Part shown: positions 1 to 9,709 of the stretch, one piece after another
Layout of the letters: every line of letters begins with the position of its first letter
Numbering within the stretch: position 1 is the stretch's first letter
Translations under genes and position numbers: made by a program
Assembly: GCA_034520945.1 (NCBI GenBank)
Contig: JAXHNB010000010.1
Coordinates: 209,942-273,941, forward strand
Length of the DNA: 64,000 bases
Reading direction: 5' to 3'
Source: Trueperaceae bacterium
GTDB taxonomy: Bacteria; Deinococcota; Deinococci; Deinococcales; Trueperaceae
Notes under the pieces: generated by a model
Databases searched by the model: none
What the model was told of the DNA's origin: nothing
The model's input: only the letters and a program-made list of their open reading frames with translations

Positions 1-1
1 C

Positions 2-415
2 ATGTACAGCGGCGACGACTTCCACTACGACGACCTGATCCTGGGCGACGCGCAGGGGCACAGCGACGGGCTGCTCGGCATCTTCGACGCGATCGCGCCC
101 GCCGCCGCCAGCGCCGTCGCGGCCCTGGACGCCGGCGACGAGGACGGCTACCGCGATGCGCTCTCCCCCACCGTCCCGTTCGCGCGGCACGTCTTCGCGG
201 CGCCCACGTTTCGCTACAAGACCGGCCTGGTGTTCCTGGCGTACCTGAACGGGCACCAGGATCACTTCCGCATGCTGGGCGGGCAACAGAGCGCCCGCTC
301 GGTGCTGCACCTGGCCGAGGCGTTCCGGCTGGCCGACCAGGCCGGGCTGCTGGACGATCCCCCGCGCGCCGCGCGGCGCATGGGCTGCTTCCTGGACCTG
401 AGCGGCGTGACGTGA
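2..415 (+). CDS. DUF993 / DHDPS-like family protein, C-terminal part (5' end outside window)
   Basis: MYSGDDFHY...HSDGLLGIFDAIAP...FAAPTFRYKTGLVFLAYLNGHQDHF...QSARS is typical of the DUF993 C-terminus. Stop overlaps the next start (GTGA). Confidence 0.75.
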   Translation: MYSGDDFHYDDLILGDAQGHSDGLLGIFDAIAPAAASAVAALDAGDEDGYRDALSPTVPFARHVFAAPTFRYKTGLVFLAYLNGHQDHFRMLGGQQSARSVLHLAEAFRLADQAGLLDDPPRAARRMGCFLDLSGVT

Positions 416-1260
416 ACGGCATGGAGCGGCTGTCCCTCAACCAGGCCACCACCCCGTCCTGGAGCGTGTCCGAGGCGATCGAGGGGTGCGCGCGCCACGG
501 CATCGGCTGGATCGGCCTGTGGCGGGGGCCGGTCGCCGAGGCCGGTCTGGAGCCGACCGCGCGCCACGTGCGCGAGAGCGGCGTGCGCGTCTCCAGCCTG
601 TGCCGGGGCGGGTTCTTCCCCGCCGCCACCGCCCAGGCGCGGGAGGAGCGCCTGGACGACAACCGCCGCGCGGTCGACGAGGCCGCCACGCTCGGCACCG
701 ACGTTCTGGTGCTGGTGTGCGGCGGGATGGTGGGGCGCGACCTGCCGGGGTCGCGCCGCATGGTGGAGGACGGCATCGCCGCGCTGGTGCCCTACGCACG
801 CGAGCGCGGCGTGCGCTTGGCGATCGAGCCGCTGCACCCCATGTTCGCCGCCGACCGCTCCGTGATCTGCGACCTGGGCCAGGCGTTCGCGCTGGCCGAC
901 CGCGTCGAAGCGGGGGTGGGCGTGGTGGTGGACGCCTACCACGTGTGGTGGGACCCGCAGCTGTACGCCCACCTGGCCCGCGGACGGGAGCGGATCCTGG
1001 GGCTCCACGTCGACGACTGGCTGGCACCGCCGCCCGACGTGCTGCGGGGGCGCGGCATGATGGGCGACGGCTGCATCGACCTGCACGGCCTGTACACCGC
1101 GGTGGACGCCGGCGGGTACCAAGGGCCGGTCGAGGTGGAGATCTTCAACGACGCCGTGTGGCAACGCCCGGGCGACGAGGTGCTGGCCGAGATGCGCGAC
1201 CGCTTCGGGCATCACGTTCTGCGCCCGCCCGAAGCGCAGCAGGACGTGACCGCGTCATGA
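412..1260 (+). CDS. Sugar phosphate isomerase/epimerase (xylose-isomerase-like TIM barrel)
   Basis: LSLNQAT, SSLCRGGFF, LAIEPLHPMFAADR, VVDAYHVWWD, HVDDW, MMGDGCID, VEVEIFN metal-site motifs. Confidence 0.85.
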   Translation: MNGMERLSLNQATTPSWSVSEAIEGCARHGIGWIGLWRGPVAEAGLEPTARHVRESGVRVSSLCRGGFFPAATAQAREERLDDNRRAVDEAATLGTDVLVLVCGGMVGRDLPGSRRMVEDGIAALVPYARERGVRLAIEPLHPMFAADRSVICDLGQAFALADRVEAGVGVVVDAYHVWWDPQLYAHLARGRERILGLHVDDWLAPPPDVLRGRGMMGDGCIDLHGLYTAVDAGGYQGPVEVEIFNDAVWQRPGDEVLAEMRDRFGHHVLRPPEAQQDVTAS

Positions 1261-1940
1261 CCATCGACCGAACGCACGACCACCCCGGCAGCAAACCGGG
1301 CCGCCGCAAGCAGGACGCCGTCTACGAGGCGTTGCGCCACGACATCCTCGAAGGCCGCCTCGCGCCCGGTGAGCGGCTTCGCCTGGACGACATCACGCAG
1401 CGCCTCGAAGTGAGCCACATTCCCGTCCGCGAGGCGCTCAAGCAGCTGGAGGCCGACGGGTACGTGGCGATCGAGCCGTACGTCGGCACCACCGTCGCGG
1501 AGCTGAAGGCCGACTGGATCCACGAGCTGTTCGAGCTCAAGGAGGCCCTCGAACTGATCAGCGGCCGCGCCGCCTGCCGCCGCATGAGCCAGCAGGACCT
1601 GGACGACGTGGAGGCGGTCCTCCGGCGCATGGACGATCTCGTCCGTGATCCCGAAGCGTGGTCGGCGTCCAACGTCGAGCTGCACCGCCTGATCTGCACC
1701 CGGGCCGGCACCAAGCTGGCCGGCCAACTGCTGGACCGCGTCCTGAACCAGTGGGACCGCCTGCGTCGCTACTTCTTGCAGGAGGTGTTCGCCCTGCGGG
1801 TCTTCGAAGCGCAACGCGAGCACTGGGCCATCTACCACGCCCTGACGAGACGCGACCCGGACGAGCTCGAACGCGTGGTGCGGACGCACAACCGGCGCGC
1901 GCTGGAGGCGTACGCGGCGCGGCTGCCGGACCACGACTGA
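1257..1940 (+). CDS. GntR family regulator (wHTH + FCD)
   Basis: VYEALRHDILEGRLAPGERL...VSHIPVREALKQLEADG, and FCD motifs NVELH / EHWAIYHAL. ATG 1257 overlaps the upstream TGA (ATGA). Confidence 0.9.
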   Translation: MTIDRTHDHPGSKPGRRKQDAVYEALRHDILEGRLAPGERLRLDDITQRLEVSHIPVREALKQLEADGYVAIEPYVGTTVAELKADWIHELFELKEALELISGRAACRRMSQQDLDDVEAVLRRMDDLVRDPEAWSASNVELHRLICTRAGTKLAGQLLDRVLNQWDRLRRYFLQEVFALRVFEAQREHWAIYHALTRRDPDELERVVRTHNRRALEAYAARLPDHD

Positions 1941-1989
1941 GCTGCACGCGGGCGGCCCGAGCCGCCTGCCTTGAATCCCGGAGGTGCGC

Positions 1990-3435
1990 GTGTCACGACC
2001 GAATCTGCTCTTCCTCATGACCGACCAGCAACGCGCGGACACGGTCGCCCCAGGCGGTCCCTGCGCGACGCCCAACCTGGACGCCCTCCAGGCACAGGGC
2101 ACCCGCTTCACGCGCTGTTACGGACCCAACCCGATCTGCTCCCCCACCCGCGCCAGCCTGATGACGGGGCTGCTGCCGCACGCCCACGGCATGGTCGACG
2201 TCACGCACGCCGTCGAGCCCTACCGGGCCGACCTGAAGCCCGACCTGCCGTTCTGGAGCCGCACCCTGCAGCAGGCCGGCTACCGCACCGCCTACTTCGG
2301 CAAGTGGCACGTGGAACGCTCCAACCAGTTGGAGGACTTCGGCTTCGACCACTACGAACAGGTCGGCGTCGACCCCGATGATGGCTACGCCGCCCACCGC
2401 CGGGCGCTGGGCCTGCCGGCCTCCCCGGTCCTGGCGGAGCAGGACGCCCTCCAGCACGAGGGCTACCGCGACTTCCTGCTGTACGGCGTCAGCGACGAAC
2501 CGGTGGAGGCGACGCAGGAGCATTACCTGTACTCGCGCGCCATCGCGTTCCTGCGCGGCCTGGACGACGGTGATCCGCGCCCCTGGGCGGTGTTCGTCAG
2601 CACCGAAGGTCCGCACGACCCGTACGTGGTGCCGCGGGCCTTCTACGAGCGCTACGACCCGGACGCGTTCGCGCCGCCGGCGAGCTTCGACGACGACCTC
2701 CGCGACCGGCCGGGGATCTACCGCCGCATCCAGGGGCTGTTCAATGAGCTGGACTGGCCGGCGTTCGCGCGCGCCACGGCGAGCTACTACGCCTTCTGCA
2801 CCCTGATCGACGAACAGGTCGGCCGCATCCTGGACACCGTGCGTAAGCTCGGGCAGGAAGAGAACACGCTGGTGGCGTACACCTCCGATCACGGCGACTA
2901 TCTCGGCGCGCACCGCATGCTGCTGAAGAGCGTGGCGCCGTTCGAGGAGGCGTACCGGGTGCCGCTCATCCTCGCAGGCCCCGGCGTGCCCGCCGGCCAG
3001 CAGCCGTCACGGGTGGTGAGCCTGCTCGATCTGGCCCCCACGCTGGTCGAGCTGACCACCGGCGAGGCGTTCCCCTGCCACGGACGCTCGCTGACGCCGC
3101 TCCTACGCGACCCCGCGGCGGACTGGCCGGACGAGGCGTTCGCGGAGTTCCACGGCCAGCGGTTCTTCTTCACGCAACGCACCCTGTGGCAGGGTCGGTA
3201 CAAGTACGTGTTCAACGGGTTCGACGAGGACGAGTTCTACGACCTGGAGGTCGATCCGCACGAGCTGCGAAACAGGGTCCACGATCCCGAGCAGCGGGAC
3301 CGCGTCAAGGAGATGACGGCGCGGATGTGGCGCATCGCGCGCGACACGGGCGACTTCAACCTGGTCGAGTCGCACTACGGCGTGCTGCGCTTCGCGCCGG
3401 TCGGGCCGGACGCCGCCTCTGACGCTGGCGACTGA
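1990..3435 (+). CDS. Cys-type (formylglycine) sulfatase-like hydrolase
   Basis: PNLLFLMTDQQR, CSPTRASLMTG (CxPxR), GKWH, PHDPY, SDHGD. GGAGG precedes GTG 1990. Confidence 0.9.
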   Translation: MSRPNLLFLMTDQQRADTVAPGGPCATPNLDALQAQGTRFTRCYGPNPICSPTRASLMTGLLPHAHGMVDVTHAVEPYRADLKPDLPFWSRTLQQAGYRTAYFGKWHVERSNQLEDFGFDHYEQVGVDPDDGYAAHRRALGLPASPVLAEQDALQHEGYRDFLLYGVSDEPVEATQEHYLYSRAIAFLRGLDDGDPRPWAVFVSTEGPHDPYVVPRAFYERYDPDAFAPPASFDDDLRDRPGIYRRIQGLFNELDWPAFARATASYYAFCTLIDEQVGRILDTVRKLGQEENTLVAYTSDHGDYLGAHRMLLKSVAPFEEAYRVPLILAGPGVPAGQQPSRVVSLLDLAPTLVELTTGEAFPCHGRSLTPLLRDPAADWPDEAFAEFHGQRFFFTQRTLWQGRYKYVFNGFDEDEFYDLEVDPHELRNRVHDPEQRDRVKEMTARMWRIARDTGDFNLVESHYGVLRFAPVGPDAASDAGD

Positions 3436-3457
3436 GCGTCGGAGATACGCGACCCGC

Positions 3458-4951
3458 TCAGGACAGGAACCAGGGTGAACTCCACGCCAGGTGCCCGTTG
3501 CGCTGCGTCACGCGCAGGTACAGGTAGCCCGGCAGGTTCAGGTCCGCCCGGTCCAGCACGGCGCGGCCCAGCACCCGGCTGGCCGCCATCGGCGTGAGCC
3601 GGTGCAGCATGTAGCTCTCCTTCGGGAAGGGACCGGTCTGGACGTGGGCCGAGCCGTGAAACAGCTCGCCCAGGGTGACGGTCCGGTCCGAGGCCGAAGG
3701 GTGGGTCATGTCGATCCGCACGCGCGTCGCGGGGTCGCCCGCGATCTCCAGCACGGCGCTCTGATTCGGGTTCTCGCGGTACGCCTCCAACCGTGAGGTG
3801 TAGGACTGGACGTGCAGCTCGTTGGCACTGGGTCGCGTGAAGCGATGGCGCTTCTCCTCGCTGAACGGGCCGGACTGCAGGCAAGGAAACACGCGCCGCA
3901 ACTGCCCGCCCTCAACGTGCACCGCCATCTCCCAGTCGGTGATGCGGTCCAACGCCAGGTCCTTCCAGGGGCCCCAGCCCCACTCGAGCCGCACCTGCAC
4001 CACGTCGGCGAAGGCGCCGGCGGCGGGCGGTTTCTCGTCGGGGAAGGCGCGGTGGATGGTGCGACCGTCGTGCACGAACTCGACCATCTCGAGTTCGTCG
4101 CGTCCCGCCACGTCGTACGCGACCTCCACCTGCTCGGCCGGCGGTACCTCCATGCCCATCTCGTGGCCGTTGGCGGCCAGGCGCAGCTCGATGCGATCCC
4201 CGGTCAGGGCGTAGGTGCGGCGGGCTCGCACCGCCCGCATGACGGCGTCGCGGGTCAATTCCTCGGCCAGGACCGCCATGACGCCCTCCCCGTAGGCGCC
4301 GGGAAAGCCGCGGTGGTTGTCGGACGAGGCGACGAAGCCAAACTTGGCGCCGTCGTGTAACTTTGCCTGGGCGGTGTTGGCGGTGACGCGCCCGCCGAAC
4401 GAGTGGGTGAAGTAGGTGCGGGGCCCGCGGTCGTGCTCGGCGTTGCCGTGCTCCGAGTAGATCTCCACCACCGGCGTGGTCGCGTCCGGCTGGAACACCT
4501 CCCAGTTCACACCGCGATTGCCGGTGGGATACCCGATGTGGTGCGGGATCATCAGCGCCTGCCGCTCGGTGCAGAACCGCCGCAGCGCCTCCACGTGATC
4601 GGGCAGGTACAGCGGCTGGTGGTCGGCTGGAAACACCACGCAGTGATCCCCGAAGGCGCTGGAGTGCCACTCGTACCCCAGGAAGTGCACGAACTCGCCG
4701 TCGCGGTGGTGCGCGGCGGTCAGACGCTGGATGTGCTCCCAGGCGTCGTTGTGCCGCCGGAAGCCATCCAGCCAGTGCTGCTCGCGCCCGCCCTCCATCG
4801 GGACCAGGTCGTGCCAGGCGGCGTGGCCCGTGAACGCGAAGAAGTCGAGGTGCGTCTTGGCGATATCGATGCTGCGTTCCAGCGATCCTTTGCCGTAGCC
4901 GAGGCCGTTGTGATTGTGAATGTCGCCGTAGAAGATGGCGTACTCGCTCAT
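3458..4951 (-). CDS. PHP-like / DUF3604 (CehA/McbA-like) metallohydrolase, paralog 1
   Basis: FYGDIHNH, LDFFAFTGH, GYEWH, IPHH, EIYSEHG, ASSDNH, RRTYALTG, C-terminal YLYLRVTQRNGHLAWSSP. GAGGA precedes ATG 4951. Confidence 0.7.
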   Translation of the reverse strand: MSEYAIFYGDIHNHNGLGYGKGSLERSIDIAKTHLDFFAFTGHAAWHDLVPMEGGREQHWLDGFRRHNDAWEHIQRLTAAHHRDGEFVHFLGYEWHSSAFGDHCVVFPADHQPLYLPDHVEALRRFCTERQALMIPHHIGYPTGNRGVNWEVFQPDATTPVVEIYSEHGNAEHDRGPRTYFTHSFGGRVTANTAQAKLHDGAKFGFVASSDNHRGFPGAYGEGVMAVLAEELTRDAVMRAVRARRTYALTGDRIELRLAANGHEMGMEVPPAEQVEVAYDVAGRDELEMVEFVHDGRTIHRAFPDEKPPAAGAFADVVQVRLEWGWGPWKDLALDRITDWEMAVHVEGGQLRRVFPCLQSGPFSEEKRHRFTRPSANELHVQSYTSRLEAYRENPNQSAVLEIAGDPATRVRIDMTHPSASDRTVTLGELFHGSAHVQTGPFPKESYMLHRLTPMAASRVLGRAVLDRADLNLPGYLYLRVTQRNGHLAWSSPWFLS

Positions 4952-4962
4952 GATGTCCTCCC

Positions 4963-6216
4963 TCACCGCCAGGGTTCTAGCGGCGCCAGCACGCCCCCGC
5001 TCCCGCGGTAGAACTCCTCGTCCAGCACGAATGCACCGTCGCGGGGTCGCAACCACGTCGCCGCCCGGCAGGGGTGTGCGTCCTGCATCGGTTCCCAATT
5101 GCGGTACACCTGCGCACCGTTGGCCTCCAGCAGACCGTCCGTCATGCCGGGTAGCGGCGCCAGGCGGGCGGCCACGTTGCGATTCCAGTCGAGGAGGCGC
5201 GGCGTGCAGGCGGAGTCGGCCACGAAGCACGCCAGCCCCTGCGCCTCGGCCTCGCGCACCATTCGGAGCGTCACGCTGAGCGTCTTGCCGGCCGGTTTGA
5301 GCGCCACCGCGCCGTACCCGGCGCGTGCCTTGCGGCGGACGTCCTCCACGCGGTGGAGACTCTCGTCCGCCGCCACGCGGACGCCGAGGCCGTGCACGTC
5401 GATGTCGGCCTCCTCCGGGAACGGCTCCTCCAGCAAAATCGTCCGCGTCAGCATGCCGATCTCACGGGCGTGCGCCAGGAGCGCCTCCAGGTGCGCCCGG
5501 TCGGGGTAGCGGCCGTTGGCGTCCAGGTAGTACGCGGGGGGCGGGCCCGCGTGTGCGGTGGCGGCCCGGTGCACCTCTGTGAGGCGGGCTTTGTCGGCGC
5601 CCAGCATCTCGTCCGGGGTGCCGGCCGCGCCGATCTTGATCTTCAGCACCGTTGCGCCACCCGCCAGCATCGCGGCGATCTGCTCGGGCCGGGTGGCGTA
5701 GGAGACGAGGGGCACGCGCGCCACGCGCGCGTGCCGGTGGTGGAGCGGTTCACGGGACGCCGCTGGGATCATGGCGTCGAAGGTGCGCAGGTCGTGCGCG
5801 CGGGCGTAGAGCGTCCAGGCGGCGTTGTCCAGCGCCACCAACGCGTTCAGCGTGAAGGTGCGGCGTAGCTCGTCGCGGCCGATGAGCGTGCGGCCGTACG
5901 CGTGCACCTCGTCGACCAGGCCGTCCAGCAACTCGAAGGGGGTGTCGAACGACCGGCCCCGCGCGCGCTGCAGGGCGTACTCCAGAAGGGCAGCCATCAG
6001 CAGGTTCCCGCCGACCTCGGTGTGGGCGGTGAACACCTCCCGGTCGGACCACAGCACCGCCAACCCGCCCACGCCGGCGGCACGAACGCCGCCCTCGCTG
6101 GTGAGGTCGACGCGGCACAGCCACTTCTCGGTGAACTGGCCGCCCTTGAAGCCGAACGGTTGCCGGAGCGGCTCGCGCCGCAGGTCGAGGTCGACGCGGT
6201 CGAGGGTGAGGGTCAT
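4963..6216 (-). CDS. Enolase-superfamily enzyme (mandelate racemase / muconate lactonising / L-Ala-D/L-Glu epimerase-like)
   Basis: KIKIG (KxK), metal ligands in LDAN, LEEPF and ADES, ALKP; N-terminal REPLRQPFGFKGG capping region. Confidence 0.75.
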   Translation of the reverse strand: MTLTLDRVDLDLRREPLRQPFGFKGGQFTEKWLCRVDLTSEGGVRAAGVGGLAVLWSDREVFTAHTEVGGNLLMAALLEYALQRARGRSFDTPFELLDGLVDEVHAYGRTLIGRDELRRTFTLNALVALDNAAWTLYARAHDLRTFDAMIPAASREPLHHRHARVARVPLVSYATRPEQIAAMLAGGATVLKIKIGAAGTPDEMLGADKARLTEVHRAATAHAGPPPAYYLDANGRYPDRAHLEALLAHAREIGMLTRTILLEEPFPEEADIDVHGLGVRVAADESLHRVEDVRRKARAGYGAVALKPAGKTLSVTLRMVREAEAQGLACFVADSACTPRLLDWNRNVAARLAPLPGMTDGLLEANGAQVYRNWEPMQDAHPCRAATWLRPRDGAFVLDEEFYRGSGGVLAPLEPWR

Positions 6217-6246
6217 GGCACGTCCCCGTGCTGCGCGACGCTCATG

Positions 6247-7743
6247 CTACGCGTACCAGATGGGGCTGGCCCAGGCGATCTGCCCGTCGCTCTGCGTGAC
6301 GCGGGCGTACACGAAGCCCGCCTCGCGCGATGGGTGGTAGGTCTCGTCGTACGCGAACGCGAACTCGCGTTCCGGCACGGCGCGGTGCACCTTCAACGCC
6401 GGCGAACCGAAGCCGCGCACCTGCGCGCCGACCGAGCCGCGCACCAGGTCGGCGAACGGCAGGTCGAACGCCACCTCGCCCGCCGTGACGCGCAGGCGTC
6501 CCTGTGGGCCCACGTCGCAGTCCAAGACCACCGCCTGCGTGCCGCCCGCGTCGAAGTGGGTGCCGCCCATGGCGCCGGCCGGGTTGGCCATGGCGCGGCA
6601 GCGCCACGCCACCTGCGCCTCGTCCTGGTCCTCGATGCGCTCCGTGACCGCCTCCTCGCCGGTGGCGGCGCCGCCGTAGCGGAAGCACGGTTCGACGCCC
6701 AACAGGCGGCCCTCCTGCACCTCCGCGCGGACGTGCCAGTCGGAGCGTTGCCGGCCGCGGCCCCAGCCGGTCTCGACCTTCACCTTGTAGCGGCCGGGCG
6801 CGAAGTCGCTGGCGATGGGTTTGCCGGGGAGGCGCCGCACGCGCCAGCCGTCCTCGCCGCCCTCGATCAGATCGACCTTGTCGATGGGGGCGGTTCCCGC
6901 CACCCGCAGCCGCAGCGGCATGGCGTCGGCGCGGCCTGCGACCCCGCCGATGGGCACGTCCGCCAGGGCGACCTCGGCGACGATGCGCGCGCCGGTGGTG
7001 GCGACCGTGCGGCGGGCTTGCAATGCCTCCCAGAGGTGCTGCCGGTCCAGTGTCGGCGCGTCGACGCCGACGCGGCCATGACCGTAGTGGCCGGGGTAGC
7101 CGTCGTGCGTGTCGGTGCCGGCGTAGAAGCCGAAGCGGTGGCCGGCCACCAGCCCGCTGCGCACGGTGGATTCGCCGACGCGGGGGCCCATGCTGTGGTG
7201 GTACTCGCCGGGGGCGTCGTCCCCTTCGCAACTGCCGTGGTTGGAGTACACCTCCACCAGCGGCGAGACGCGGTCGTCGAACGCCTCCCAGTTCGTGCCG
7301 CGCTGCCCGCGGACGTAGCCGCCGTGATGCGGCAGCAGCATGAAGGCGGGCGTCGCCTCCTCCAGCCTGCGCGCCAGCGTGCTCGGGTCGGGCCCGTCGA
7401 GGAGCGGCAGGTCGAAGGTGGGCGCGTAACAATTGTAGTCGCCGTACTGCATCGAGTGCCACTCGTAGCTGGGCAACGTCACGAAGCGGCCGGGTTCGTC
7501 GGCGTCCTGCAACAGGTGCAGCAGCTCGGGCCAGTAGTGCTGCAGCTTGGCGAACCCGCCCAGGTGCATGCCGATGATGGCGTTCTGCTCCCTCAGATCC
7601 ATCGGCATGTCCGGCCAGAAGGCATGCCCGGTGATGCTGCAGAAGTCGAGGTGCGTGCGGGCGTTGGCCAGGGCCCGCTGCGGCGTGCCCGTGCCGTAGC
7701 TGACGGCGCAGTGGGCGTGCAGGTCGCCCCAGTACATGCTCAC
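6247..7743 (-). CDS. PHP-like / DUF3604 (CehA/McbA-like) metallohydrolase, paralog 2
   Basis: YWGDLHAH, LDFCSITGH, SYEWH, LPHH, EVYSNHG, GTDTH, C-terminal VYARVTQSDGQIAWASP. Confidence 0.7.
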   Translation of the reverse strand: MSMYWGDLHAHCAVSYGTGTPQRALANARTHLDFCSITGHAFWPDMPMDLREQNAIIGMHLGGFAKLQHYWPELLHLLQDADEPGRFVTLPSYEWHSMQYGDYNCYAPTFDLPLLDGPDPSTLARRLEEATPAFMLLPHHGGYVRGQRGTNWEAFDDRVSPLVEVYSNHGSCEGDDAPGEYHHSMGPRVGESTVRSGLVAGHRFGFYAGTDTHDGYPGHYGHGRVGVDAPTLDRQHLWEALQARRTVATTGARIVAEVALADVPIGGVAGRADAMPLRLRVAGTAPIDKVDLIEGGEDGWRVRRLPGKPIASDFAPGRYKVKVETGWGRGRQRSDWHVRAEVQEGRLLGVEPCFRYGGAATGEEAVTERIEDQDEAQVAWRCRAMANPAGAMGGTHFDAGGTQAVVLDCDVGPQGRLRVTAGEVAFDLPFADLVRGSVGAQVRGFGSPALKVHRAVPEREFAFAYDETYHPSREAGFVYARVTQSDGQIAWASPIWYA

Positions 7744-8648
7744 GACGCTTCGGCGGTGCGGGCCTCGCGCACCAGGTCCTCGAACATGCGGGCGTAGCGC
7801 AGGTAGGAGGCGTACTTCTCGGCCTCGGGCACGTCGCTGCCGCCCTCGTGGATGATGCTGGCGACGTGCGGTTCGATGGCGATGGTGCCGCGGTAGCCGC
7901 CGCTGAGCAGGTCGGCCAGGATGGGGCGGACCATGGCGTCGCCCTCGCCCGGGTAGGCGTAGTCGGAGCTTGCGCCTCCTTCAGGATTGCGTTTGCAGTC
8001 CTTGACGTGGACGTAGCCGATGAGGTCCTTGACGCCCTGGTAGAACGGCCAGGGCTCGTAGCCGTGGCTGATCGTGTTGCCGATGTCGAACAGGACCGTC
8101 AGGTGGTCGCTGCCGACCTCTTCGATCAGTTCGCGCATGTGGCGCGCGCTCTGCCCGCCCCAGCCGGTACAGTTCTCGTGCGCCAGCACGACGCCGCCAT
8201 CCGCCGCCACGGCGGCCAGCTCCCGGTAGCGGCGGATCGCTTCGCGGCGCCAGTCAGACTCACTGGCGCCGTTCTGCAGCCAACTCATGGTGCGGATGAA
8301 GCGGACGCCCAGGCGTTGCATGCGCGGGATGGCGACCTTCAGGTCCTGCAGGTCCTGCTTGAAGTCGCCGTGGATGGCGCGGCTCCAGTTGCCGATGGCG
8401 GAGCCGAAGCCGGTCACGGTGAGGCCCGCCGCCTCGACCGCGTCGGCAGCCGCCGCGAAGGCATCGTCGGGCAGGGCTCCGGCAACGTTGAGGCCGTCGA
8501 TCAGGCGCAGCTCGATGGCGTTCCAGCCGAGCTCGCGGTGCGCGGCGATCTGGGCGTGGGTGTCGCGGCCGGCCTCGTCGGCCAGGCCGCTCAGGGTGGG
8601 CCCGCCTGGCGCGGCGTCGTCCGGTTGGGCGCGGTTCGTCATATCCAT
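7740..8648 (-). CDS. Sugar phosphate isomerase/epimerase (TIM barrel)
   Basis: LSGLADEA, IELR, GSAIGNW, LAHENC, FDIGN, HVKD, GEGD, IAIEPH. Start at 8648 or 8642. Confidence 0.85.
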   Translation of the reverse strand: MDMTNRAQPDDAAPGGPTLSGLADEAGRDTHAQIAAHRELGWNAIELRLIDGLNVAGALPDDAFAAAADAVEAAGLTVTGFGSAIGNWSRAIHGDFKQDLQDLKVAIPRMQRLGVRFIRTMSWLQNGASESDWRREAIRRYRELAAVAADGGVVLAHENCTGWGGQSARHMRELIEEVGSDHLTVLFDIGNTISHGYEPWPFYQGVKDLIGYVHVKDCKRNPEGGASSDYAYPGEGDAMVRPILADLLSGGYRGTIAIEPHVASIIHEGGSDVPEAEKYASYLRYARMFEDLVREARTAEAS

Positions 8649-9709
8649 GGCAGCTCGATCTCCTGCTCGTGTCCGTGGCGTGCGGAGGTGTAGATGGCTT
8701 CGATGATGGCGACGGCCTTGAGCGCTTCGCGGCCGTCGACGCGGGGTGGGCGGTCCTCGTAGATGGCATCGATCAGATCTTGGATCTGCGCCTCGTGGCC
8801 CGCGTTGCGGGTCTGCTTGGGGTCGCTGGCGCCGGAGGCGACCTGGTTGGCGGTCCCCAGGCGTGCGCGGACGTCCGCGTCTTCTTCGCGTTCGTCGTGG
8901 AAGCGCCAGCAGGCGATGCGGTCGTCCTCCAGCCGCACCGTCCCGTGCTCGCCGCAGAGCTCCACCGCCCGCGCGAAGCCCGGGTAGGCCGCGGTGCTGG
9001 CCTGGATGGTGCCAAGCACGCCGTGCGGGAACCGCAGACATGCCACGGCGGTGTCCTCCACCTCGATCCGTTCGTGCGCCAGCGTGGCCGTCATCGCCTT
9101 GGCCGCGGCCGGCATGCCGGCCAGGGACTGGAGCAGGTCGACGGCGTGGATGGCCTGGTTCATGAGGGCGCCGCCGCCGTCCAGGGCGACGGTGCCCTTC
9201 CAGCCCCCCTCGTCGTAGTACGCCTGGTCTCGGTACCACTTCACCTCGGCGCCGCACAGCGTCAACCGGCCCAGGCGTCCCGAGGCGACGACCTGCTTCA
9301 CCGCGCGCGCACCGGGCCCGAAGCGCGCCTGGAAGATCGCCGCCAGCCGTACGCCGTTGTCCTCGCAGGCGCGGATCAGGCTGGCGGCGCGCGCGACCGT
9401 GACCTCGAGCGGTTTCTCGACCACGACGTGCTTGCTGGCGTTGGCCGCGGCGACGGCGGCGTCCAGGTGCGCGCCGCTGGGGGTGGTGACGCATACCGCG
9501 TCCACCTCGGGGTGCGCCAACAGTTCGGCCAGGTCGGTGGTGTGAACATTGGCGCGGTGCTTCTCGGCGAAGCTGCGGGCGCGGTCCGCGGAGCGGCTGT
9601 GCACGCCCACCAGGCGACCGCCGTTCGAGGCGGCGATGGCGTTGGCGTGCACGCCGGCGATCATGCCGCACCCGACGATCGCGAAGCCGACCTGGCGGGA
9701 CGCCGTCAC
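8639..9709 (-). CDS. Gfo/Idh/MocA family NAD(P)-dependent oxidoreductase
   Basis: AIVGCGMIA Rossmann motif, VEKP, GGGALMNQAIHAVD, EVEDTA. GTG 9709 overlaps the tctA stop. Confidence 0.9.
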   Translation of the reverse strand: MTASRQVGFAIVGCGMIAGVHANAIAASNGGRLVGVHSRSADRARSFAEKHRANVHTTDLAELLAHPEVDAVCVTTPSGAHLDAAVAAANASKHVVVEKPLEVTVARAASLIRACEDNGVRLAAIFQARFGPGARAVKQVVASGRLGRLTLCGAEVKWYRDQAYYDEGGWKGTVALDGGGALMNQAIHAVDLLQSLAGMPAAAKAMTATLAHERIEVEDTAVACLRFPHGVLGTIQASTAAYPGFARAVELCGEHGTVRLEDDRIACWRFHDEREEDADVRARLGTANQVASGASDPKQTRNAGHEAQIQDLIDAIYEDRPPRVDGREALKAVAIIEAIYTSARHGHEQEIELPWI

